A DNA stretch of 47,447 nt from a virus. Shown in pieces: positions 7,273 to 16,653 of this stretch (positions are counted from its first letter, which is position 1; each line of letters begins with the position of its first letter). Under the pieces are notes generated by a model that was not told where the DNA came from, ran no database searches, and saw nothing but the letters and a program-made list of their open reading frames with translations. The stretch spans positions 1 through 47,447 of IMG/VR virus record IMGVR_UViG_3300045988_093480. One strand, 5' to 3'. The translations under genes and the position numbers were made by a program.

Positions 7273-10200
7273 TTAGTCTGTATAAGTTACTGTAGCTTTT
7301 ATAACTCCTGTACATTTCATATAATGATCTTTATCAAAGGTATGTTTAAGCCCAAATCCTTTCATTGTTCCGTTTTTTATTGCATTCAGTACTGCACTAT
7401 CTGTTATTGTAACTGTTGTTGTTGCATTCATTGTAAGATTAGCAGTTTTGGACCATGACAAATAAGTAGGCTCTCCACTTGGTCTACTTGAATGATTATG
7501 CATAACTATTTTAGCTTCATTGTTACTTGAACTACCTCCACTTGTACGTTCTATTTTTAGAACGACCTTTGTTATAATTTTGCCTTGTAATTTACTAAAA
7601 TCACTACCAAAGAACCAACAGCCAACATTATTAGAGGTCCATTTGCCTTGAATGGCTAGATTGTCTTGCGCCCAGTCACTCCAAGTGTAACGATATGTAT
7701 CTCCATAATCACTTGTAAACGTAACTGACTTGCTTGTTGTAGTTCCTGTATTAGTATTAGTTCCAGTTTCAGTCGTAGTGCTATCTGCGGTAACTTTGTT
7801 ACTATCTTGTATTATTTGTGATGAATTATCGTGAACTAGTTGCCCGCTAGGAATAGAACCATCTTGAATGCATATTGTAGCACCATATATGGCTCTAGCA
7901 GCATAATTATTTGTTTTCCCATAATTCTTATACATAATAACTTTGCTGCCTCTAGCTTGTACTCCATTTTGAGAACCTATAATTTTGCAGTTTTGCATTA
8001 ACAATGTTGTTCCGTGTTCAGCGCCTATAGCATAGTAACTATTTGATGTTGTTTGGCCATATATATTTATACTCCTAAGTGTAACAAAATTGCAATTCGA
8101 GAAATACATTCCGTAATAATATGTGTTACTACCTACCATAGACGCTGGCATTACAGCAGGTCTTTGACTATCTACTCCATTTGGAATGCCAGTAACCGTA
8201 GTAGCTCCATATATGAATAGTTTTGCTGTACAATTATATCCAGCTATATTGCCGTTATAATTCTTCATATTCATATACAGATATATATCACCATTTGAAA
8301 ATCCCTTCAAATTCAAGTTTTCGTTACATTCTTTGTCTAAAGTAATATAGATGCTATTACCATTAAGATTTTTTGGTAAAGCATCTAAAAACCCCTGTAC
8401 AGTATAGAATTCCGCACCACTAATAATATCAGCTGTATCATCTCCATATGTTGATATATTTACAGATATATCATTTGTAAGCGAATTAATAATATCTTTA
8501 CTAACAATTTTTCTAACAATAAGAGTATCAGCGGTCATATTACCTTGTGCATTAACTGCTCCATTGAAATTACCATTATTAGCAGTCATATTTCCGTTTT
8601 CATCTATAGAAAATCCGCCATTTATAGTGGTATAACCTTCTAACTTGATATTTTTAGCTTTAAACAAAATATCTGAATTTGCTATAGCCTGTAGGGCTGC
8701 ATTAGTTAACGTTATACTTGAACTTGTAGAGCCGTCCATTACAATCCATTCAAATTGTTCTTTTGTTTGTGTAGCAACTGATTTTGCACCTTGTGCCACA
8801 CTAAGTGCTTCCCACTCACTGCAATACTGTGGGTCTGTGAAGTTTACTGTATCGTCATCATAAAATATTTTGTAAGCACTCCATAAATATTTACCTTCTT
8901 GATATGCAGGTACATAGGTTAACCAACCAGATACTGCAAATGTGGGAACTGTAGTCTTAGAAGTTGATACAAAATATATAGTTGTTATTTTTTTTACACC
9001 TACTCCTGTATCTCCTTTTATTTTTGCCCATGTATAACTTCCTATTGTTGTAGGATCATCTTTATTAAAATCTGTACATGTTCCTATATAAGCACCTACA
9101 GCTTCTCCATTGTTTGATGTAAATGTTTTACCTCCATCATTAGAATATTTAATGTGTAAGTAAGTAGTTCTACCGTCTCCATCTTTTCCAGGAATTCCTT
9201 GTTCTCCTTTTTCCCCCTGTAATCCTTGGAATCTGTACCATTCATATTTTGAAGGGTCATCACTATCTTGCTCTGTAAAATCTACATAAGTACCGATATA
9301 CTCGCTTGGAGTTTCAGTCATTTGGCTACTAGAAGTCGGATTTTTTACAGAAGAATATTTTATATGGAAGTAAGAAGTTTTACCAGATTCTCCTGCTGGT
9401 CCTTGAATCCCTTGCTCTCCTTGAGGTCCCTGCAAACCTTGCAAACCTCGTGGTCCTTGAACACCAGCCATACAAACTGCATCTCCAGTTGAACTGTTCC
9501 CATTAGCTTTAGTATACACAGTTCTTATCCACAAATAACTACCTTCTGGAACATTAGTAGGCACTGTTGTGGACCATGTTCCTCCGAATTGTTCGGTTTT
9601 ACTTGTAGAGATATAATACTCATTGTAAACTTTAGTAACTCCTTGTTTGATTTTGTCACTATTATCAACAACAGTAGTTTGTATTTTACCTACAGTCTGT
9701 TCTATTTGGGAATACTTATCTAATGCAGCCTGTGCCTTATCTTTTGCACTTGATGCTACACCAGATATTTCCCCAACTTGTGACGTAAATCCGTTCATAT
9801 CCTGCTTAAGAGTTGAATATAATACTTTTAATTTAACTTTATTTCCTTCGGCATCTTCTATAAATCCATCAGATACGAGGGATTCTATTTTTCCGTTTTG
9901 TTCATCTACTGTCAATTTTACTTGTTTGATTTCTGGAATTTTTTCTCCGTCAATATACAAATTTCCATCTTCGTCTAGATATAAAGTGTTTTTCTCTCCA
10001 TTGTTTGTAAGAATATTTACTATACTATTTATATCTGCATCCAATTTATTATCATTTACAGCTTTAATTTGCTCTCTTAAATTCGCTTCTTTTTCATTTT
10101 CTAGTATTCTTTTAACATCATTGTAATTTTCCACATATGTAGCATGTGCTTTCTCTAAGTCATACTTATCATCTTGTGTTATTTTTCTGTTAGTGATTAC

Positions 10201-10287
10201 TTTTTCAAGTAGATTTACAAGTTCATTATAACTAGAGGAGAAATTATCATGCTCTCTAGTTATAGTTTCTATATTGCTATTGCTCAT
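7273..10287 (-). CDS. Tail fibre with collagen-like Gly-X-Y segments and a beta-helix-like C-terminal half
   Basis: Probable start at the ATG at 10287 (RBS AAAGGGG). GVQGPRGLQGLQGPQGEQGIQGPAGESG and GLQGEKGEQGIPGKDGDG are each followed by a related ~60-aa module. Confidence 0.8.
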   Translation of the reverse strand: MSNSNIETITREHDNFSSSYNELVNLLEKVITNRKITQDDKYDLEKAHATYVENYNDVKRILENEKEANLREQIKAVNDNKLDADINSIVNILTNNGEKNTLYLDEDGNLYIDGEKIPEIKQVKLTVDEQNGKIESLVSDGFIEDAEGNKVKLKVLYSTLKQDMNGFTSQVGEISGVASSAKDKAQAALDKYSQIEQTVGKIQTTVVDNSDKIKQGVTKVYNEYYISTSKTEQFGGTWSTTVPTNVPEGSYLWIRTVYTKANGNSSTGDAVCMAGVQGPRGLQGLQGPQGEQGIQGPAGESGKTSYFHIKYSSVKNPTSSSQMTETPSEYIGTYVDFTEQDSDDPSKYEWYRFQGLQGEKGEQGIPGKDGDGRTTYLHIKYSNDGGKTFTSNNGEAVGAYIGTCTDFNKDDPTTIGSYTWAKIKGDTGVGVKKITTIYFVSTSKTTVPTFAVSGWLTYVPAYQEGKYLWSAYKIFYDDDTVNFTDPQYCSEWEALSVAQGAKSVATQTKEQFEWIVMDGSTSSSITLTNAALQAIANSDILFKAKNIKLEGYTTINGGFSIDENGNMTANNGNFNGAVNAQGNMTADTLIVRKIVSKDIINSLTNDISVNISTYGDDTADIISGAEFYTVQGFLDALPKNLNGNSIYITLDKECNENLNLKGFSNGDIYLYMNMKNYNGNIAGYNCTAKLFIYGATTVTGIPNGVDSQRPAVMPASMVGSNTYYYGMYFSNCNFVTLRSINIYGQTTSNSYYAIGAEHGTTLLMQNCKIIGSQNGVQARGSKVIMYKNYGKTNNYAARAIYGATICIQDGSIPSGQLVHDNSSQIIQDSNKVTADSTTTETGTNTNTGTTTSKSVTFTSDYGDTYRYTWSDWAQDNLAIQGKWTSNNVGCWFFGSDFSKLQGKIITKVVLKIERTSGGSSSNNEAKIVMHNHSSRPSGEPTYLSWSKTANLTMNATTTVTITDSAVLNAIKNGTMKGFGLKHTFDKDHYMKCTGVIKATVTYTD
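9178..9470 (-). repeat. Collagen-like triplet-repeat coding segments
   Basis: Two Gly-X-Y runs are visible in translation. Confidence 0.8.
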
Positions 10288-10300
10288 AATAATCCCCTTT

Positions 10301-13300
10301 CTATAATTTCTTAGGTCTAGCACAGAATAATATTTTATCAGTTGTATTGTTTGTAATTCCTGTTATTCTAACTCCATTTGTAACTGTTGTAGATTCTATT
10401 ATGTTTACTGACCCGCCATCTTCAGTTGGTCCAACTACAATGGCTACATGTGAGCAGTTCATATAACGACCATTTTCTCCGTTATCTCTATCAAAAAAAA
10501 CGAGGTCTCCAGCTTTCAAGTTTGAATAATTGATTATATCAATATCATGTAGTACCCAGCCTTTTTTAACACAATATTCTGCTTGTTCTGCTGCTGTCCT
10601 TGGTAACATAAATGCCCAGCTAGTATCTGAATTTTTAACTAATTTCTTTAGTTTGTGATTGGCATAAGGACTTTTATCGTACGGTATATCCGCATAAACA
10701 AATATAGCCAAAGAGCTACAGTCAATATTAGCTTTTTTAGCAGTAGCATCATACCATTTATTTAAGTTTCCAGCCATATCATTAGGGAAACTGGTAGGCT
10801 CAGATTTAACAGCAAATGAATTATCTCCATATCGCAACCCAGTTCGATTTAGGTATGTTTTTGCAGTTTTTACAGCTTTTTCGCCACCAACAAATTTATA
10901 AGTTTTTGCATATCCTTCACTTTTATCTACGGAAACTGAGCCATAGTATTTATAGTCAATACTTGTATTTACATTAGCCATTATTATTATTTTGTAACCT
11001 GTATTTGGTTTTGGAACTAGTTGGCCAGCTATACAATCTACACCTTCAAGATAACAAATTTTACTTTGTGTATAACTAATTTCATCTGCTGTAGTAAACA
11101 CCATTCTAGCATAAAAACTTTTATCAACTTTACTTTTAAGTCTGAAAGTAAGAGACTTAATTGTTTTTTTAGGCCAAGTATAAGTTTTTGTACTTTCTAA
11201 TAATATATTTACTGTTTCACCTTCTCTTTTAGATGCATTACCATCATCCCCAGTGTCACCACCGCCAGTATCTCCTCCACCAGTGTTACCGCTATCATCC
11301 TTTTTCTTATAACCTATTGGAGTTGATAGTAATTTTTCTTTTATTGCATTATAAAAAACACCAATACTGGTATCATCTTTAAATGTATAACCATCATTGG
11401 TGTAATCAGGATTTAATAAATTCGTATAAGTTTCTAATTTATCAGAAACATCTAATAAAAATACATCTTCTTCATTGTCACAAAATTCTTTTATTTGAGT
11501 ATTATAAGTATCTATAGAGGCATTTACAGTAGCATAATTTTCGTATGCTATACCTGTGTGCAATTCTTTTAATATAAAAATCGGTGTATTTCTATATTTG
11601 TTTTTTAATATAGAAACTAATGTTTTTACTCCGTCTATTCCTTTTTCTGTTAGATCATTCAATCCAAAGTGAATAAGTGCATAAGGCGCTGAACTTGGAT
11701 AAACTTTATCATCATCTTCGTATAAGCCTTCGATTTTACTTAATAAATTGTTATTATTATCATAAAAATCATATGCATTTGCCTTTCTAACAGCTTTTAT
11801 GTACACCTCATTCATATCTGTCTTGTCTATCGTAGGGGTTTCTTCTACATTATTGTTATCGGCTTCAACAAGGTCGTAAGGTCTTAAACAGAATCCATAT
11901 ATAAAAATATCATTGTATACTGGCATATATCTAATAGCATTAGGCCAAGAATCCCACTTTCTAGCATGAGCTACCATATGAGTTCCATCAACTTTACCAC
12001 AGTAAATTAGTGTGTGATGTGTTTTATTTTGTTGTTTATAATAAGATGCTCCAGGGTTTTTAACTTCATTATTTGCCATCATGATAATATCGCCAGGTAA
12101 CATTGTTTCAATGCTTGTTTTTGTTATTTTAAACATTGTGTAACCGCTTTTAGCAGTAGCATAAGTAACCAAAGAGCCATAAGCACAAAATGAATCACTA
12201 TGAAATATACTTTTTAATCCAGCTTCCCCATAGCAACAAGTAACCATAGAACTGCAGTCGTAACATATTGGATTCTTAATGCCATAGAATGTCCCACTTC
12301 TTTTGTTTGGCTTTTTAAAATTCCATGTTCTATATGCTTGGTCATAAGTAGCTAATTTATCTGTATGTTGTTGTACTATAGCTTTTGCAGTATCAACTAT
12401 TATTTGTCTTATATCACTTGCACTTGCTTTACCTTTTGCTTTTGGAGTAGATACGCCAACTCCATAACCTAATTTATTTCCTTGTGCATCCAAATAATAA
12501 GGTAATTGGCCATTTACAACTTTATACCAACATAAATACAACTCTACATTATTTGGGGTTCCTAATCCTTTTTGGTCTTTTAGCTTCTGCCTGTAAGCTG
12601 CAAAATCAAATTTACCGCTATCTAATTCCTCATAAACTTTCAATTTCGTTTCATTAGACTGAGAACTCAAATAGTAAGAATCAACAAATTTGTATCCATA
12701 CTTATCACATACATATTTCGATACTATCCAGTTAAGTGAACCTTGTCCCATATTGTTAGCTACTAATCCAGCAAATATATTTCCATGAGCATAATCTATA
12801 GCTTGTCTTAGTTCCCAACAGCCGAATCTTATTTGATTTAAGATGTTTTTATCGACTGTTATTCCATTAACTGTTGTATTTCCTCCCTTGCCAGGTGTCA
12901 TATTCGCATAAGAAGGAAGAAATTTATAAGTACTGCCATCTAAATATTTTATAGTAAATGTTTTATTTCCCCATTCCTTGAAATATGTCGAACGTTCGCA
13001 TTGCATTAACCCATAACCACCATTACTACCTGTAGTGCTATAAGGGTCACCTCTAGATTCACCCATAATCACCGCATATACTAGATTTGGGTCTAATCCA
13101 AATTTCTTACAATAGTGTTCAACAATAAGATATAATTTATACTTATTTCCTGTAGATGATAAATTATTAAGATTCGCTTTATTTTGATATTTGCCTATGT
13201 CGTATTTTTCATATAATGCTAATGCCTCTGCATATTGGTCACTCGTTTCATCTGTAGTAGACACCGTCTTAGAAGTCTTTATTTGATAAAATCTATCATC

Positions 13301-14668
13301 GCCAAGCCATACTCCGTTTTTATAAGTGTCAATATAAATAGGGTCGCCATCTTCACCTTCATCAGGAGGTTTGGGCTTAGGATTAATAATATCTTCAAGT
13401 TCATCAAATATTTTATCTATCTCCTCTTTTTCTAGACCCATTTTTTCAAGATATTCTCTTATCTTAGCAATATCCTCGTCAGTTAAGTCTCCTACCCCTA
13501 TGCCACCTAAAAATTCTAGAACATCTTTTAATAAATCATCTTTTGTTAAACTTTTTATTTTACTTTTTCTTTCTTTGTAATTTGCTAAAGTACATTTACT
13601 GTTTTCGGCCCAATTTGTAAATGAAAGTTCTAATTCTGTTACTCTAGCTTCTAAAGTTAATTTATCCTTAGTATTCCCATCATCTATAACATAAACTGTA
13701 TCACCTATTTCAATATCTTCATCAATAATAGCTAAATTAGTTTTATATGTCATTTGAGGGTCTTTTCTTCGTTGAAGTTCTTTCCATGTTTCATTAAGTA
13801 AATCAGATGCATTATCTGCATCACATTCATATACTCCTGTTATATAACTTCCATCATCATTATGAAAGTATATATGTGCACTTTCATCAGCGATAAAGTC
13901 TTGATTTAAAGGTTTGTCAGTTGGATTTCCGTTAGATTTTAGCCATTCTACATTTTTAAAATCTACTCCATTTTGACCATAACCAATAAGTGCACTACAA
14001 AATTCACTTAAATCTCCAGTTTTTTCTATTTGATCTGCATTTACAGAATATTCTATTCTAGCATTTGTTATTCTTCCACGCTTCTTATAAATATTTATAT
14101 ATTGTTTAAATTTGTTAGATATCATTTTTACTTCAAATTCTATTTCTATATTGTAAGTTTCAAGATTATCTTGTATTACAGTATAAATTGAAGTAGGTTT
14201 TTCTACTTTAACGCTTTTAAAATCTATAATATCCGGATCTACATAACCCAATTCAAATGTAGAATCTTGTAAAAGCAAATTAAAAAATGTAGTGACATCA
14301 CCTTCTAGTGTAGATTTTCTTACAACTTTATTCCAAAGTTCTAGTCCGACCGTTTCGCAATAGCAACTCTTTATTTTTTCACCATTTTCATTATGAGTTG
14401 TCGTAGTTCGCATAATTTGAAACATTTTTAGTTTGCTTTTAAACTTGAAAACTAGAAAATTCCCCTTTTGAATACAAGCTGTTCTATTATTGTCTAATGT
14501 AGAACATGTAAAACTTTCAGCCCCTGTTGTTAAATATATTTTATAAGAGTCGTCAAAAAAAGGACTTGCTGAATTAGTCCCATTATTGCTTAGTACGTCT
14601 ATTATCTTTTTCTGTCTATTTAGCACAAAAATCGTTGTCACAAGTTTTTCCAAGACTAATCCAACCAC
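10301..14668 (-). CDS. Tail-associated lysin (Tal): Prophage_tail N-terminus plus SLT, NlpC/P60, SGNH-like and a second NlpC/P60 domain
   Basis: 1455 aa. ESRGDP...GLMQ (lytic transglycosylase); YDCSSMV...HHTLIY and IDCSSLA...SHVAIVVG (two Cys-His peptidases); ALIHFGLNDL (GDSL/SGNH block). The start codon is uncertain because the GTG lies inside the SD. Confidence 0.8.
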   Translation of the reverse strand: MVGLVLEKLVTTIFVLNRQKKIIDVLSNNGTNSASPFFDDSYKIYLTTGAESFTCSTLDNNRTACIQKGNFLVFKFKSKLKMFQIMRTTTTHNENGEKIKSCYCETVGLELWNKVVRKSTLEGDVTTFFNLLLQDSTFELGYVDPDIIDFKSVKVEKPTSIYTVIQDNLETYNIEIEFEVKMISNKFKQYINIYKKRGRITNARIEYSVNADQIEKTGDLSEFCSALIGYGQNGVDFKNVEWLKSNGNPTDKPLNQDFIADESAHIYFHNDDGSYITGVYECDADNASDLLNETWKELQRRKDPQMTYKTNLAIIDEDIEIGDTVYVIDDGNTKDKLTLEARVTELELSFTNWAENSKCTLANYKERKSKIKSLTKDDLLKDVLEFLGGIGVGDLTDEDIAKIREYLEKMGLEKEEIDKIFDELEDIINPKPKPPDEGEDGDPIYIDTYKNGVWLGDDRFYQIKTSKTVSTTDETSDQYAEALALYEKYDIGKYQNKANLNNLSSTGNKYKLYLIVEHYCKKFGLDPNLVYAVIMGESRGDPYSTTGSNGGYGLMQCERSTYFKEWGNKTFTIKYLDGSTYKFLPSYANMTPGKGGNTTVNGITVDKNILNQIRFGCWELRQAIDYAHGNIFAGLVANNMGQGSLNWIVSKYVCDKYGYKFVDSYYLSSQSNETKLKVYEELDSGKFDFAAYRQKLKDQKGLGTPNNVELYLCWYKVVNGQLPYYLDAQGNKLGYGVGVSTPKAKGKASASDIRQIIVDTAKAIVQQHTDKLATYDQAYRTWNFKKPNKRSGTFYGIKNPICYDCSSMVTCCYGEAGLKSIFHSDSFCAYGSLVTYATAKSGYTMFKITKTSIETMLPGDIIMMANNEVKNPGASYYKQQNKTHHTLIYCGKVDGTHMVAHARKWDSWPNAIRYMPVYNDIFIYGFCLRPYDLVEADNNNVEETPTIDKTDMNEVYIKAVRKANAYDFYDNNNNLLSKIEGLYEDDDKVYPSSAPYALIHFGLNDLTEKGIDGVKTLVSILKNKYRNTPIFILKELHTGIAYENYATVNASIDTYNTQIKEFCDNEEDVFLLDVSDKLETYTNLLNPDYTNDGYTFKDDTSIGVFYNAIKEKLLSTPIGYKKKDDSGNTGGGDTGGGDTGDDGNASKREGETVNILLESTKTYTWPKKTIKSLTFRLKSKVDKSFYARMVFTTADEISYTQSKICYLEGVDCIAGQLVPKPNTGYKIIIMANVNTSIDYKYYGSVSVDKSEGYAKTYKFVGGEKAVKTAKTYLNRTGLRYGDNSFAVKSEPTSFPNDMAGNLNKWYDATAKKANIDCSSLAIFVYADIPYDKSPYANHKLKKLVKNSDTSWAFMLPRTAAEQAEYCVKKGWVLHDIDIINYSNLKAGDLVFFDRDNGENGRYMNCSHVAIVVGPTEDGGSVNIIESTTVTNGVRITGITNNTTDKILFCARPKKL

Positions 14669-16653
14669 CTTTCATTAAAAATTATAGAACTTGTAATATT
14701 TCCATCGCTTGCAATTTTTAAGTCGTATTCACCAGGAGGGATTTCAAAAAATTCACTCCCTATATCTATATGTTGCATATTTTTAACACCATTTATATAA
14801 ACTTCATTATTGGCAAAATCAACTTTCAATTCGTCACCTTCTTTGAAAATTATTATATCTTGCTCTTCATCTTCTCCATCTTCATTCAGCTTATTTATTA
14901 CCAATCTATTAAATGTCATTGTATCAACGACTTCTTTGTCAGCATATTTTCCAAAAAAGATAACTATATGATTCAAATCGCCTATAGGAAACTTGTCATT
15001 TTTTGTAGTCTCGCTTGGTAAAGTTTTTTCAATTTCGCCAGCTTCATTATATTTAACTACTTCCGCATACCATTCGTTATTTTCTCTTTTTATAGTAAAA
15101 TGACCTTTAAATTCATTCCAGTTTCCATATTTACCGCTTCTAGGAGTTTTCTTTGTAACTGTCAAACTATCATCAGAACCACTTACTGTTATAACGGGTT
15201 TAGGCTCAGGCACACTAAAATCCTTATCTTTTAAAAACTCTGTATTCCCAATTTGTACAAGCGGGTAAACCGCCTCAAAGTATTCATTTTCATCACATAA
15301 CATAACTTTAAACAGCTTATTCCCAGCTTGGTCAAATCCATATCCTTCTACCATCCCAACTTTATCCTCAGCTGTGTTAACTTCTCTATCTGTTTCGATT
15401 TGTACTTTATCACCTTCAATAATATAATCTGTGTAAACATAACCTGTTTTACCTTTGTAAGTTGCTTTAGTCCATTTACCTTTACTTGACGTAATTTTCG
15501 GGCACACAACAATAGCAGTACCTTTAGGTATTGTCGCTAAAAGTTTAGAACTTTTGCTTCCTGACGCCCTTAAAGATGCTGCTTGTTTTGTGTAATATGT
15601 AGCTGTTGTAGTTGTTATTTTACTTAATCCAGTTGAAATTTTAACCCAACCAGTTTTTTCACTATAAGTAGTTTTTATCCAGCCATTTACAACTTCACTT
15701 GCAGTTAGATAAACACCTTTTTTAATACTTAATAAAGTTTTACTTTTGGATAATCTTTTCTCTTTTAGTTTCACAGTTGTAGCAGTTACTTTATATCTAG
15801 TTGTTTTAGTTGTATCTGTAGAGCCAAATTCGTTATATTCTAGTTTTCCCGTTGAATCATGATAAAAATATAAACTGCATTCGAAATCAGTAACATTAGA
15901 GGGCAAATTATATCGTAATGCTGGTCCATGCCAATCAGTCCCACTACCATAATCTGATGCTCGTATACACCAACTAGAACCTCCGTCATTAGGTTGAATA
16001 GTACCAGTTATAGTTCGTTTTGCATCAACTTCACCTGTTACTGAAACAAAATTTTCGGTAGTTTCGCAAGGCTCGTAAACAATAGTGGTACTTTTTTCTT
16101 TTTTTTCATTAGTTAAACTAGGGTATTGCCCTATAAGCACAGCTTTTCCATCTTGACCATCTATTTGACAATAAGTCGCATTACTATTAAAATCAACTTC
16201 AATAATTGCTGGAGTACTTGCATTACCTTCATTTGTAACAGTTATCTTTTTTTCTCCATTGAAAATTTTTGCATCAGAATTATAAGAAAAAGGTATCGTA
16301 CATATGAAAGATGTTGAAAATCTTCGCATTCCATTCATTATATACTCTTTTGGAGTTTTCCCATTTGGAATAGCTAGGTATATTCGTCCATTTTCATTTA
16401 TGATCAATTCTTTTTCTTCGTCTACATCAAATACACTTGATATAGTATCTATAGCATCTTGTAAATCTTCTTCTGTGCTTGCTTTTATGTCATATCCTAT
16501 GTCTATTTGCTTATAGTCATACTTACTATCCTGTAGAACCCTTCCATTTCTAGAGGGTATATCTGTAAAAGTATTTATTTTATCAAACACATTAGTACTT
16601 ATGCTGAATACTTTTACAAACTGTTCTAAATCTATACCATTAAATTTAAACAT
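14656..16653 (-). CDS. Distal tail protein (Dit, Sipho_tail family) with an internal tandem SH3b-like insertion
   Basis: N-terminus resembles Sipho_tail. Two SH3b-like units (GWIKTTYSEKTGWV and KWTKATYKGKTGYVYTDYI). Position between TMP and Tal. Confidence 0.8.
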   Translation of the reverse strand: MFKFNGIDLEQFVKVFSISTNVFDKINTFTDIPSRNGRVLQDSKYDYKQIDIGYDIKASTEEDLQDAIDTISSVFDVDEEKELIINENGRIYLAIPNGKTPKEYIMNGMRRFSTSFICTIPFSYNSDAKIFNGEKKITVTNEGNASTPAIIEVDFNSNATYCQIDGQDGKAVLIGQYPSLTNEKKEKSTTIVYEPCETTENFVSVTGEVDAKRTITGTIQPNDGGSSWCIRASDYGSGTDWHGPALRYNLPSNVTDFECSLYFYHDSTGKLEYNEFGSTDTTKTTRYKVTATTVKLKEKRLSKSKTLLSIKKGVYLTASEVVNGWIKTTYSEKTGWVKISTGLSKITTTTATYYTKQAASLRASGSKSSKLLATIPKGTAIVVCPKITSSKGKWTKATYKGKTGYVYTDYIIEGDKVQIETDREVNTAEDKVGMVEGYGFDQAGNKLFKVMLCDENEYFEAVYPLVQIGNTEFLKDKDFSVPEPKPVITVSGSDDSLTVTKKTPRSGKYGNWNEFKGHFTIKRENNEWYAEVVKYNEAGEIEKTLPSETTKNDKFPIGDLNHIVIFFGKYADKEVVDTMTFNRLVINKLNEDGEDEEQDIIIFKEGDELKVDFANNEVYINGVKNMQHIDIGSEFFEIPPGEYDLKIASDGNITSSIIFNERWLD

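Noticed and set aside
4460-10287. A diversity-generating retroelement or phase-variable shufflon acting on the fibre genes.
   Set aside because: No reverse transcriptase or invertase gene is present anywhere in the window. I found no template/variable repeat pair or inverted-repeat cassettes around the fibre C-termini.
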